The notes under the pieces: generated by a model
The model's database searches: none
What the model was told of the DNA's origin: nothing
What the model saw: the letters and a program-made list of their open reading frames with translations, nothing else
Part shown: positions 1 through 9,115 of the stretch, piece by piece
How the letters are laid out: each line of letters opens with the position of its first letter
How positions within the stretch are numbered: position 1 is the first letter of the stretch
Program-made: the position numbers and the translations under genes
Source of the DNA: a virus
Lineage: Duplodnaviria > Caudoviricetes
DNA length: 39,311 bases
IMG/VR virus record: IMGVR_UViG_3300032237_001348
Span: 1-39,311 of that record
Strand: one strand, 5' to 3'

Positions 1-862
1 CAGCGCCCACCTGACCTAGGATAGCTTTCATAGTTAGCTGTCCGGTCTTTAGGTTTTGTTTAGCTCCGGTCTTAATGACCATATCGTCGCCATAGGTCAT
101 AAACCTTCGCCAACCCTGCTTTGCGCCGGCTGCACCAGCCTCAAATGGAAGCATCATACCAACGGCATTTTTAGCACTTTCGCTGACAAAATCTGTGACG
201 ACATCTAATGGATTAAACCAATTCACCTTATCTTTTTGTTCTTGGTTTGTTCCCATCAATGGGTCAACTAAAGCTTTTTGGGCGACATAGAATGCAGGAA
301 GTTCGTATGGCATCCTTCTAGCTGCTGACACAAGCCTAGACTGTATTTCATCACCAATGTGCCAAGCTGCAGGGGGTGTCCTGCCAGTCCTAAGTGCCTC
401 TAGGCTTTCTTCTCGCGTTATAAAAAAAGATCTTGTTTGGGTTAAGGTTCCACTATCTATTTCGGTAGAACCATTTTCTAAAATCTTTCTACCAAATAGC
501 TGATCAGCCTGTAAGGCCCCTTGCTCATAGGTTCTTGTAACGCCCTGGAAAGCATCAAGTTGATCTCTAATTGTTTTAATATCTGTGATAGCTTGGGTTG
601 CCCAAGGTTTACCGACATCTTCAAGTTTTGAGAAAAGTTTTAATCCGCCTTTTCTCGTAACGCTAGTTGCAACACCCGCAACAAGCATGGTTGCCGCACT
701 TGCGGCAATAAACTTCATTGCTGGATTTTTTGACAGGAGTTTCGATACAGCCCCAGATTCTGGGTTTACTCCACGTTCCTCTTGTGAGCCCTCCCATCTT
801 GGGAGGCTCCTACTATTAACACCATAACCCAGATTGTAAATAGGCCCTTGGTCACGGATCAT
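1..862 (-). CDS. Probable tape measure protein, N-terminal part (runs off the window edge; absent from the ORF track)
   Basis: ATG at 862 with AGGAG at 869-873. Frame is open to position 1 (MIRDQGPIYNLGYG...MKFIAASAATMLVAGVATSV...AILGQVGA). Gly/Ala-rich with hydrophobic segments, and lies directly after the tail chaperones. Confidence 0.65.
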   Translation of the reverse strand, partial: MIRDQGPIYNLGYGVNSRSLPRWEGSQEERGVNPESGAVSKLLSKNPAMKFIAASAATMLVAGVATSVTRKGGLKLFSKLEDVGKPWATQAITDIKTIRDQLDAFQGVTRTYEQGALQADQLFGRKILENGSTEIDSGTLTQTRSFFITREESLEALRTGRTPPAAWHIGDEIQSRLVSAARRMPYELPAFYVAQKALVDPLMGTNQEQKDKVNWFNPLDVVTDFVSESAKNAVGMMLPFEAGAAGAKQGWRRFMTYGDDMVIKTGAKQNLKTGQLTMKAILGQVGA

Positions 863-874
863 TAATAGCTCCTA

Positions 875-1471
875 TTAGCCTCCATATAAGGCTTGCTGTA
901 GTTTTAGTGCAGTGATATCTTCTGTTTGTTCCTGTACTCTATCTTCTTCTTCTGGTTGAGAAAATGATATTTCGAGTTCTACAGATGGGTCATAAATAGT
1001 TTTTTGTATTTTAATAATTTGTTCAGCTAAAGTGACAGTTTCACATATTTGATGAAAAGTCATATTATTTAAATCTTCTAATGAAATATCTAAAATTGGC
1101 TTTAATGAAAGTACAGTTGCCTTCATTACGTTAGTAATGGTATTTGATTTATCTCTAGCTTCTAATAAAATATTTTGAGCTATATCTATACCAGAAAAAC
1201 CAGAAAGCTCAAGTATTTCTTCGGATAACGAACTTATGACTCCAGGTTGATATTTATTAACATCAAAATTTTCAGGCCAAAAAACACAAGAAGAAACAAC
1301 TATATCTTCCGCCTCAACAGAAGATAAGTTGCCATCTTCAATAAATTCGTATTCCGACACGGTCAATGGGCGGAAAATGCATTCTGTACTACCCGTTAAT
1401 GGAGCGGAATAAACTTTCCCATACTTAGATTTATTATATTCTATGTTTTTTGTACGGGTATTGTCAGACAT
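875..1471 (-). CDS. Tail assembly chaperone, long paralogue (gpGT-like)
   Basis: KSKYGKVY...IFRPLTVSEYE...CVFWP...GVISSLSEEILELSGF aligns with the neighbouring ORF, plus a ~100 aa C-terminal extension. Lies between the tube genes and the tape measure; TGATG overlap with the upstream gene. Confidence 0.6.
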   Translation of the reverse strand: MSDNTRTKNIEYNKSKYGKVYSAPLTGSTECIFRPLTVSEYEFIEDGNLSSVEAEDIVVSSCVFWPENFDVNKYQPGVISSLSEEILELSGFSGIDIAQNILLEARDKSNTITNVMKATVLSLKPILDISLEDLNNMTFHQICETVTLAEQIIKIQKTIYDPSVELEISFSQPEEEDRVQEQTEDITALKLQQALYGG

Positions 1472-2028
1472 CAGAGTTGGCGTACCTCAAGGGCTACGAA
1501 TCCTGAAGCTTCCATTACTTCTTGGGCGATGATTGATGGGACCCCAGCCAATTCACCGTTTAACTTAGCTCTATCAAACTTGGGGTAAATAATACACATT
1601 TCGGCAATCAGTTCCTCATTTAGCATCGAGACATCTGCTTGGCTGATTTGGTTGCTTTGTCCGATCTTTTCTATGTTTTTCACATGAGTTTTATACTCGG
1701 ATCTATTCATTGTGCGCCAAATTATATGCTGGTCCATCGTGATTGATGTGACGTAAACATCGCCATACTCGGCCTTCCATGCGACTATATCACCCGCAGT
1801 TGGGCCACCCGGCCATAGTTCTTCTTTGGGGTCAAGATCTTCTACGGCTAAACCGTATTCTTCCTCAGCTTCTTCTTCCATATCTAGAACCTCGATAATA
1901 AAATTACCTTTCTGTTCTTCAGCGATATTTACTTCTTCTACGACTTCAATTGTTTCTTCTGTGACTTCATTCAAATTCCCTACTGGCTCCTCAACAGAGT
2001 CGCCCATACTTACTTTAGTATTACTCAT
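1471..2028 (-). CDS. Tail assembly chaperone, short paralogue (gpG-like)
   Basis: Acidic N-terminus, then WKAEYGDVY...IWRTMNRSEYK...CIIYP...AGVPSIIAQEVMEASGF. Synteny after the tube genes. Confidence 0.6.
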   Translation of the reverse strand: MSNTKVSMGDSVEEPVGNLNEVTEETIEVVEEVNIAEEQKGNFIIEVLDMEEEAEEEYGLAVEDLDPKEELWPGGPTAGDIVAWKAEYGDVYVTSITMDQHIIWRTMNRSEYKTHVKNIEKIGQSNQISQADVSMLNEELIAEMCIIYPKFDRAKLNGELAGVPSIIAQEVMEASGFVALEVRQL

Positions 2029-2041
2029 TTATTACCTTTCA

Positions 2042-2917
2042 TTACTTATCATAAGACGATAAATCTCTAGCTAAAAAGCTATAGGTCTCACCAAGTGGTT
2101 GTCCATCTGGTGTATACTCTATCTGCATGCTTGTTAACTCTACATTTTCTATAACTAATCTAGATGGTATTAGCTCTCTAGATACTAAACGTTCATTTGT
2201 ATCTGTCATTAAACTTGGTGAATTTTTATATTTCTGTAATGCTTCTTTATATGTGCTATCTTGATACATATTTGGCGCGCTGACATTCTGCACACCATAA
2301 ACTATAATAAAATTAAAAGGCGGATGGGAACTCCATATATGCCTAGTGTCAGTTTCTACCATAGTTGCTGAGTCTATATTCCTACCCCAATATTCTGATA
2401 TATTTTTCTCATCCATATCAAGACCTCTAATACGATGCATCCCCCCGTCTTGTTCGGCCCTATTTACGGCCGCTTCAGATAGTAGGTCCTTCATATAATT
2501 TAGAGAACTTGTGGCAATTGTAAACGCCCCGTTTACAATACGATTACCACGCATTATAGCATCAAATGTATAACTCCAAAAACCATATAGTGGAAGTTTT
2601 TCTTGCTTTATATTAAAAGCAAAACTAACTATAGGAATAATTCCTCCTGTAGAGTTAGAGCCCGCACCCTCTATACTAACTTGTATGTCTTGGCCAGAAT
2701 AATAGTAGTCATAATATGTATTAAAGTCCTGGGAAGCACCGCCGTATTCGTAAGCCCATTGCATATCCTGCTCACGATTTAAAACCTCTATCGGTGATGA
2801 TACACCAAGATTTTTGATATTATTAATAGTTTTATTATAATTTTTTTCATTAGGTGATACACCACCAACTGAACCCTGGCGCTGTTCCTGCTCCGTTAAG
2901 TCCCTTGATGTAGTCAT
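2042..2917 (-). CDS. Tail tube-fold protein (probable baseplate tube initiator)
   Basis: YSGQDI...FAFNIKQEKLPLYG...RGNRIVNGAFTI...PPFNFIIVYG...ETYSFLARD parallels the two adjacent tube paralogues. Confidence 0.65.
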   Translation of the reverse strand: MTTSRDLTEQEQRQGSVGGVSPNEKNYNKTINNIKNLGVSSPIEVLNREQDMQWAYEYGGASQDFNTYYDYYYSGQDIQVSIEGAGSNSTGGIIPIVSFAFNIKQEKLPLYGFWSYTFDAIMRGNRIVNGAFTIATSSLNYMKDLLSEAAVNRAEQDGGMHRIRGLDMDEKNISEYWGRNIDSATMVETDTRHIWSSHPPFNFIIVYGVQNVSAPNMYQDSTYKEALQKYKNSPSLMTDTNERLVSRELIPSRLVIENVELTSMQIEYTPDGQPLGETYSFLARDLSSYDK

Positions 2918-2919
2918 AT

Positions 2920-3750
2920 TCAGCGACCTGTCGTATTAGGAGTGGCTAACTCAAGTACGGAACGAGTTAGTAAGTAATCTTTTTCTGTTATTTCTGCTAA
3001 ATCTTCTGGTATATAGTTTACCATAGGTTGGATGCCTCTCGCCATATAGGTAAAGGTTTGCTCAGTTATGAGATCGTCAACAGACATTGTAGAGCCTTCA
3101 TCCACGATAGTTATACCATATATCCTCATCTTAGAAAATGATCCCATCTCATTAGCAAATGAGATAGTGACGTCAAATGGTGGAAGCATGTCTGAAAGAG
3201 GAAACAAACCGGTCTTTAAATGTTCCTTAAATGTCTGAAGCTTATAAAAAGCATACTTATCAAACTGAGTGAAGATGAGGCTTCCAGCGATTGTTCTTGG
3301 CCCCTTCACGAATCCTCTTGGCCCAACTCTACCTAGGACCCTTACGGGTGAATTTTCCCTATGTATAGAATATGAGATAGTCTGAAGTTCACCAAGCTCT
3401 AATGGCTTATCTTGTCCAGGAATTATCATAGAGGCAACTATATCAACACCTGCGTAAGATGTATAAAGTCCAGTCGCGCCAAAGTCGCTTGAATAATTAA
3501 ATTTAGAATTTATATTCCTATTTATTGGAATAGCCCTAGACTGATCGAACTTTCCGTACTCATCAACTAAACCTTTATCAGTAGGATAAAAATATGATGG
3601 AAGATTAAGTTCATTTTCCCTATTGACTGGAAGTTCTTGTTCCGATGGTGGCTCATACCAGCTTGGGGCTGTGACAGGAGCAATACTCATAGCCTGTATA
3701 TCTTGCTCTTCTGTCGGATACCACCAATAAGGTTTTTGTTGATCAGGCAT
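2920..3750 (-). CDS. Tail tube-fold protein (minor tube / initiator paralogue)
   Basis: YAGVDIV...LQTISYSIHRENSPVRVLG...GPRTIAGSLIFTQFD...LPPFDVTISFANEMG...EQTFTYMARGI is clearly homologous to 3822-4496. Confidence 0.75.
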   Translation of the reverse strand: MPDQQKPYWWYPTEEQDIQAMSIAPVTAPSWYEPPSEQELPVNRENELNLPSYFYPTDKGLVDEYGKFDQSRAIPINRNINSKFNYSSDFGATGLYTSYAGVDIVASMIIPGQDKPLELGELQTISYSIHRENSPVRVLGRVGPRGFVKGPRTIAGSLIFTQFDKYAFYKLQTFKEHLKTGLFPLSDMLPPFDVTISFANEMGSFSKMRIYGITIVDEGSTMSVDDLITEQTFTYMARGIQPMVNYIPEDLAEITEKDYLLTRSVLELATPNTTGR

Positions 3751-3759
3751 GCGTTCTCC

Positions 3760-3795
3760 AAATAAAAAAGGGGCACTAAATATATAGTACCCCTT
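3760..3795 (-). terminator. Intrinsic terminator after the major tube gene
   Basis: Minus strand AAGGGGTACTA-TATATT-TAGTGCCCCTT followed by TTTTATTT: 11-bp stem with one G-U pair. Confidence 0.8.
3781..3790 (-). promoter_or_regulatory. Putative late promoter motif GTACTATATA, inside the terminator hairpin
   Basis: Matches the recurring TTACTA(T/A)AT motif; about 30 nt upstream of the start at 3750. Confidence 0.5.
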
Positions 3796-3821
3796 CTTAG
3801 AAAATCTAAACGTTAATATTA

Positions 3822-4496
3822 TTAAGGAACAATAATATTGGTATTGATAGTATCATCAACACCAGTGAAGTCAAGGACTCCATCACGGGGCTGACCAGAA
3901 GCATACATGGGGCCAACATCTCTAGCAACGTAGGTCATCGTCTCTTCGATTACGATATCATCCATAGAGGCACCAGAGCCTTCATTGAGAAGTTCTACGC
4001 CATAGATGCTGCGAACTGCAGCCTGGCCGTATTCGTTGGCGAATGTTATGGTAATATCAAATGGGGGAATCTGGTCGGCATAGTAGGGGAATGCTGAACG
4101 GATATCTCTCGTCTGATAATCGGGGGGAGTAATACCTCTGTGGGTTACGTTACCATTGGTGTCGAAACCTGGAAGAACGTTTGATGAACGAGTAAAGTAC
4201 TTCATAGAATCGTTATCGACGTTCTTTAATAGCAAGGCATAAAGTGATGGACGGTCGAAGGTTGTGAAGATCAGTGAACCAGCGATACCTCTTTTACCTC
4301 TTGAAAATGAACGAGGGTTTGGTGATCCCATTGTATAAATTGGCGCTTTTTCTCTTGTGACCGAGTATGTGATTCCGGATAAGGTACCAATTGGGACCGA
4401 ATCAAAACAGCATACGATGTCAGCACCGGAAAATGTTGTGTATGTATCGGTAAAGCGACCAATTTGATTGGTTGCACTACTTTGTGCTGCAGGCAT
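3822..4496 (-). CDS. Major tail tube protein
   Basis: Immediately downstream of the sheath and followed by a terminator. TFSGADIV...ITYSVTREKAPIYTMG...GKRGIAGSLIFTTFDR...IPPFDITITFANEYG. Confidence 0.8.
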   Translation of the reverse strand: MPAAQSSATNQIGRFTDTYTTFSGADIVCCFDSVPIGTLSGITYSVTREKAPIYTMGSPNPRSFSRGKRGIAGSLIFTTFDRPSLYALLLKNVDNDSMKYFTRSSNVLPGFDTNGNVTHRGITPPDYQTRDIRSAFPYYADQIPPFDITITFANEYGQAAVRSIYGVELLNEGSGASMDDIVIEETMTYVARDVGPMYASGQPRDGVLDFTGVDDTINTNIIVP

Positions 4497-4547
4497 ATTT
4501 ACCCCTTACCGCGATTCATTAAAATCGCATCTAAAGTTAAAGTTAAA

Positions 4548-5879
4548 TTATAGTTGTACAGATACTCTTACTTCGATGTTACGAAGTTCGAAAGCTGGCT
4601 GGAGAACAAGGTCAATAATAGCCTTGTTTTCTACACCAATGTATGTGATGTTGAAATCACTTGCAAGAAGTGCACCCATTTGCTGCATACCGCGAAGACC
4701 TGATGTGACAGAAGTTTCAAGAGCATTTCTGGTTGCGGTACTAGCTGCTTCGCCAATGAACTTCTGAGAAATCTGACGAATTAGTAGAACGGCATCGTAT
4801 ACGATACGCATAGTGGTAAGGCGACGGTAGTCGGATCCATCCTTAGCGAACGTTTGGGCATCAACCCAATTTGGAACCCTATTGAAGTTAAGGGCAACGG
4901 GGACGACACCCTTATCAACTAGACTGCTTTGGGTAGTCCTAGTTGGGTTATACCTTACTCGCTGAATATTGAATATGGTTTTTCCGGTTGGAGCTGACCA
5001 AGAATCAAGCTTAGTGATTGCACCGGCATATGATGCGGCACCGTTAGCAAAACCGAAATTAACAAACTCATTATAACGAAGTGGCTCTATTTCGCTAGCG
5101 ACAACCGATACGTAGTGGCCGATAAGATTGAGTGCATCACCAGTGTTTCGATTAACAAGGTTTGAAAGGCTAAGATGAGTAGCTACCTGAGCGGGAGTCA
5201 TACCCCCATCGGCAGTGGCAGCGCCAGTATAAGGCTTAACGCCCATAACGGCAAAGCAAGGATGAGAATCTTCTGTAATTCTCTTACACTGCGCAGCTAC
5301 CTTGTAAGCCCAGCTGTTAGCTGCGGTAGGCGAATTGTCTGCGTAGAAACCGAAATGGCCATCATCATCGCCAGGAGTAGCAGGAGACTGGAATTCGCTT
5401 GGACCAGAACCGCGACCCCAAGGGACAATAATATCTGCACGGGCGACCTCAGCAGCTGCAAATGCATCTGCAAAAAGGTTTGTGCCACCGGCAGCATTAT
5501 AGGTAGCGCTAGTAAGTGTACCTGTTGTATGGGCGTATACAGTATCGGAGGGTAGTGCGATGAGGGTTATAAACGAAGCGCCACCTCTTTGGGCTTCTAT
5601 GTAACCCCTATGTAGATCAGAACCAATACCAAAGTAGTTTATAACTTCTTGCTCATTGGTTGGGCTCACTGGATCAAGGTCAGGGACGAGTGAAGACAGA
5701 TTCACTGTAGCTGGATAATTGGGGTCATTGAATGCTGTGTAGCCAGTAGAAGGTGTAGCACCCTGAAGTGCCGACTTTCTGCGCCCAATGATGGCTACCC
5801 TAGGGCCGATTGGGACATCAGTTCTTGATATTCCGAGAAACTGATCTTTTATAACTAGATTAACGCCGGGGAGTGCCAC
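4548..5879 (-). CDS. Tail sheath protein (main)
   Basis: N-terminal LPGVNLVIKD. C-terminal sheath domain DYRRLTTMRIVYDAVLLIRQISQKFIGE...IIDLVLQPAFELRNIEVRVSV. GTG start with GGAGG RBS; precedes the tube gene. Confidence 0.88.
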   Translation of the reverse strand: MALPGVNLVIKDQFLGISRTDVPIGPRVAIIGRRKSALQGATPSTGYTAFNDPNYPATVNLSSLVPDLDPVSPTNEQEVINYFGIGSDLHRGYIEAQRGGASFITLIALPSDTVYAHTTGTLTSATYNAAGGTNLFADAFAAAEVARADIIVPWGRGSGPSEFQSPATPGDDDGHFGFYADNSPTAANSWAYKVAAQCKRITEDSHPCFAVMGVKPYTGAATADGGMTPAQVATHLSLSNLVNRNTGDALNLIGHYVSVVASEIEPLRYNEFVNFGFANGAASYAGAITKLDSWSAPTGKTIFNIQRVRYNPTRTTQSSLVDKGVVPVALNFNRVPNWVDAQTFAKDGSDYRRLTTMRIVYDAVLLIRQISQKFIGEAASTATRNALETSVTSGLRGMQQMGALLASDFNITYIGVENKAIIDLVLQPAFELRNIEVRVSVQL

Positions 5880-5926
5880 TTAATTACCTCCGTATACGGA
5901 TTTATAGAATATTGGTTGGACCTATG

Positions 5927-5936
5927 ATATTAGTAA
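5927..5936 (-). promoter_or_regulatory. Putative late promoter motif TTACTAATAT
   Basis: Intergenic copy of the recurring motif upstream of the sheath gene. Confidence 0.5.
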
Positions 5937-5985
5937 CTTGTATATTCAACAACTTTAGTTTTGGCGCAAATTCATTTTATATATG

Positions 5986-8091
5986 CTATCCGACACCAGA
6001 AAGAAGGGCTTGTCCAGAACTATTCGGATCCGTAAATAGCCAACCCGAATTGCCGCCACTATCAATAGACCGAGAACCAGCATACCAAATAGCATTATTA
6101 AATACGCCACCATATGCAGATGTGTCTGTAAGGTTTAAGTAGTTGGTACGTATAATTTTAAGATTAATCGAAGGTGGTACCTGTACTGAAGCGGGAGTAC
6201 CGGGCGAATCAGACTTAATGACAACTTTCTCATTTTCTGATCCACCAAGAAAAAATTGAGTACCAGTTAACACTACTGCATAGAACGTTGGTAAGGTTAC
6301 TGTAACCCCACCGGTAACAATAAATCCATCAACGCTAGATTGACTCAAGGAAGAAAAGTTCAAATTAAAAGAACTTTTGTATATAGTAATTAAACCAAAT
6401 GTTTCATTATACGATGAGATTGTTTTGTCGGCTGTATTATCTGTTATAACCAAATTTGGCATACCGGCTACCGCATTCACTGCATTAGTTTGCCATATCG
6501 TACCAGTTCCAGTTAATGTCACTTTATCGGGATAGGATTTAGGACTTGGAAACTGCAAAAACGCCCCTGAGGTAACAGCTATTGATTTCGCTTCAAAATC
6601 ATAGCCACTTGGGTAAAATGTTCCGGCTAGTATACTAAAAGTAACAGTACAAGTAAATGATGAACCCATTTGATAAGATCCAGTAGTATTAATATTTGGA
6701 AATGACTGAAAGCTAGTACCTGCTGTAGTTAATGTATAATTGCCCCTGCCGATAAAGTATAGATTATCCACAAGCCCGCCCTGATTTAGCGCTTTAGATG
6801 GAGATAATATAAGGTCACCGCAAAAATATTTATTTTGAAAATTAGCAGTAAAGTTTATTGTTGTTAAACTGCAGTTAGTCATATTTATAGAACCGAAACA
6901 TATTCCAAGTATACTTAAGGTACCAGTTCCAGAGTTTTCATTGTATATTGCAGTATCTTGGGGTAGTGGGGCCCTTTGTGTTCCGGCGGTTCCGCCAGAA
7001 GTACTTGCGTACTTGCTTGAATCATTAGAATTTCCTGTGCCACCAACATAATATGTGGTTACTGGTGTTGCCCCAGTTATATTTGTAGTACTAGATGGGA
7101 CTACCCCAAAACCAGAGTTTGACCAAGGAGATGATGCTCCTGCTGCGGTTATATCGGTAAAATCTACGAAACCATTCGTAACCATACTTGCGGCTGTTAT
7201 TGTTCTTTTAGTATTTATAACGGTTGACTGCATTAATATTCTATTTGCGGAACTATTTCCATTCATCGTTAAGGTACCTGTGACAGTTTGGTTAGCCGCC
7301 AATCTGTAAGAACCATAAGAATTATTCCCACCCGAAAATGTTAAATTGGCAAAAGTGTTAGTACCAGTTATTTGAACCATATTATTCGGACCTGTAAAAG
7401 TAACGTTATTATACGTTAAATTAGCTCCAGCGAAAATTATTTGACCTAAACTTGTTCCCGTTCCGATAATAGTTATTGATCCAGTATCTGGAGTAAATGT
7501 TAAGTTAGTTGTAGTCGTAGTCCAAACCGTAGTATTCAATCCAGTAATCGTGATTTGTGCTCCAGAAAAAATAATAGTTTTTGCAGTAGTTGTTGTGCCG
7601 GACCATATCCCTATGGAATGTGTTCTTCCATTCAAGTTTATAGTTCCGCTTTGGTGGTTCAATGTAGCAGCTGAGTTAACGGTTATGGCATCTGAGAAAA
7701 TATAACTTGATCCTGCACCAGCAAACGTAACATTTGAAAAAATTTTTCCTGCAGTAGTTATAGTTTGCTGAGTAGCCGATGTAGAAATGAATCTAACGGC
7801 TGAAGTGGTAGTACTTGCCCTAGTATATGTCATGCTTGAGGAAAATATTAATGCAAAGTTACTAGCATTTACAGTTGTAGTGCCAATGTTTAGGTTAAAA
7901 GCATTGTGCGTTAGGGTGCCGGTATACGTCGAGCAATCAAGCGACCGACAGTTAGCGGTTGCATTGATAGTTATACTTCCCGAGGTAGATGCAAGAATTA
8001 CATCATCTGCTGCAGTTGGGGCAACGCCGCCAACCCAAGTACTAGTAGCCGCCCAGTTTCCACCGCCGCTTGCAGCAGTTATAGTTGCCAT
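5986..8091 (-). CDS. Thr/Gly-rich beta-solenoid-type adhesin or fibre tip protein
   Basis: N-terminal GGGNWAATSTWVGGVAPTAADDV (G8-like or autotransporter-passenger-like opening), repeated internally as GGTGNSNDSSKY...APLPQDTA. Ends QALLSGVG. Confidence 0.55.
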   Translation of the reverse strand: MATITAASGGGNWAATSTWVGGVAPTAADDVILASTSGSITINATANCRSLDCSTYTGTLTHNAFNLNIGTTTVNASNFALIFSSSMTYTRASTTTSAVRFISTSATQQTITTAGKIFSNVTFAGAGSSYIFSDAITVNSAATLNHQSGTINLNGRTHSIGIWSGTTTTAKTIIFSGAQITITGLNTTVWTTTTTNLTFTPDTGSITIIGTGTSLGQIIFAGANLTYNNVTFTGPNNMVQITGTNTFANLTFSGGNNSYGSYRLAANQTVTGTLTMNGNSSANRILMQSTVINTKRTITAASMVTNGFVDFTDITAAGASSPWSNSGFGVVPSSTTNITGATPVTTYYVGGTGNSNDSSKYASTSGGTAGTQRAPLPQDTAIYNENSGTGTLSILGICFGSINMTNCSLTTINFTANFQNKYFCGDLILSPSKALNQGGLVDNLYFIGRGNYTLTTAGTSFQSFPNINTTGSYQMGSSFTCTVTFSILAGTFYPSGYDFEAKSIAVTSGAFLQFPSPKSYPDKVTLTGTGTIWQTNAVNAVAGMPNLVITDNTADKTISSYNETFGLITIYKSSFNLNFSSLSQSSVDGFIVTGGVTVTLPTFYAVVLTGTQFFLGGSENEKVVIKSDSPGTPASVQVPPSINLKIIRTNYLNLTDTSAYGGVFNNAIWYAGSRSIDSGGNSGWLFTDPNSSGQALLSGVG

Positions 8092-8093
8092 AG

Positions 8094-8327
8094 TTATACC
8101 TCAGGTAAATCAGATACTGCAAATGGAGTATTAAAAACTATCGGAAAATCATTTTGACTATTCGCCAAAATTTCGTTATTAAAAACTTCCATAGCTATTT
8201 TAATATTGTTTTCTAATTCTTCGCTACTTGAGCCAATTGCTATATCTTGATTTAATACTCTATCATCAATTTTCATTTCTACAGTTACAGTATTATTATC
8301 ATTTTTTCTTAATATTGTATATTCCAT
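8094..8327 (-). CDS. Small hypothetical protein in the fibre cassette (possible assembly chaperone)
   Basis: Fills the gap between the adaptor and the adhesin. MEYTILRK start at 8327, preceded by GGTAGAG, is preferred to the track start at 8357. Confidence 0.5.
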   Translation of the reverse strand: MEYTILRKNDNNTVTVEMKIDDRVLNQDIAIGSSSEELENNIKIAMEVFNNEILANSQNDFPIVFNTPFAVSDLPEV

Positions 8328-8331
8328 ATCT

Positions 8332-8901
8332 CTACCTATTCTTATCGTATACTGCATAAATACGTATGTCGGATACCGAAGAAGCGCACTGTGCTGTCCA
8401 GTTAGTATTAACAGTCGTTTGCGGTATTGGCCTCTGAAAAGAGATACCCCTCATATCGCTGTACGGAACGTAGAGTGAGAAAAGAACAGCGCCACCTGTA
8501 GTATCCCTGAAATCTACCCGAGTTGCAGTTGTGCTGGATGTATTGCTAACAACTATTGTAGTTAAATCATTATAGGTAGAAGCTGCAGCGGTGGCTATAG
8601 TAGTTTCTGAAGTTGATGAGGAAATTGTCGTAGATTGTGTCCCCACTAAATCACGAATCGTACCGTTCAATACAACCTTTCTACCGTACTTATCGGACAT
8701 ACTCCCAATCATATGACCTGGAGTTGCAGCCGTTTGTAATACTGTTGATGCTCTATTACCATCATAAAATGCGGTTGATGGAGTAGCAGAATATATTGAA
8801 CTGCCCCAAACTTGAATAGGTGACTGATTAGAGGAGACAACAACAGGCGCGCTGTTTGCCATAGTTGCTTGACCATTTGGATTCTTTGGTGTATAACTCA
8901 T
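8332..8901 (-). CDS. Fibre-associated adaptor protein (paralogue of 25566-26381)
   Basis: Starts MSYTPKNPNGQATMANSAPVVV. C-terminal beta-sandwich is similar to the paralogue. ATGA overlap with the upstream fibre. Confidence 0.6.
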   Translation of the reverse strand: MSYTPKNPNGQATMANSAPVVVSSNQSPIQVWGSSIYSATPSTAFYDGNRASTVLQTAATPGHMIGSMSDKYGRKVVLNGTIRDLVGTQSTTISSSTSETTIATAAASTYNDLTTIVVSNTSSTTATRVDFRDTTGGAVLFSLYVPYSDMRGISFQRPIPQTTVNTNWTAQCASSVSDIRIYAVYDKNR

Positions 8902-9115
8902 ATGATGCTCCAGTTGCTATTGTCAGAAATTAAATCTATTGACTCATTAGGCGCTAAAGATATAGTTGTTGTTCCATCAATTGTCTGCGCACTAGTTGAT
9001 TGGATAGTTATATTAGAAGTGTGTTTATTTTTTATGATATATTTACTTGTATTTGATATCGCCGTTGGTAGAGTGATTAAATGTTGCCCCGTTACTATGT
9101 AAACGTAATCCGTAT
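8830..9115 (-). repeat. Diverged repeat, copy 1: fibre C-terminal domain plus adaptor N-terminal peptide
   Basis: Matches 26310-26600. By eye 33/40 nt identical for 8841-8880 vs 26321-26360; protein TIDG...LISDNSNW followed by NPxGQxTMANSAPVV. Confidence 0.8.

Noticed and set aside
1471-1520. Programmed frameshift at the end of the first tail chaperone
   Set aside because: No slippery heptamer seen; the downstream gene has its own coupled ATG and a complete paralogous domain.
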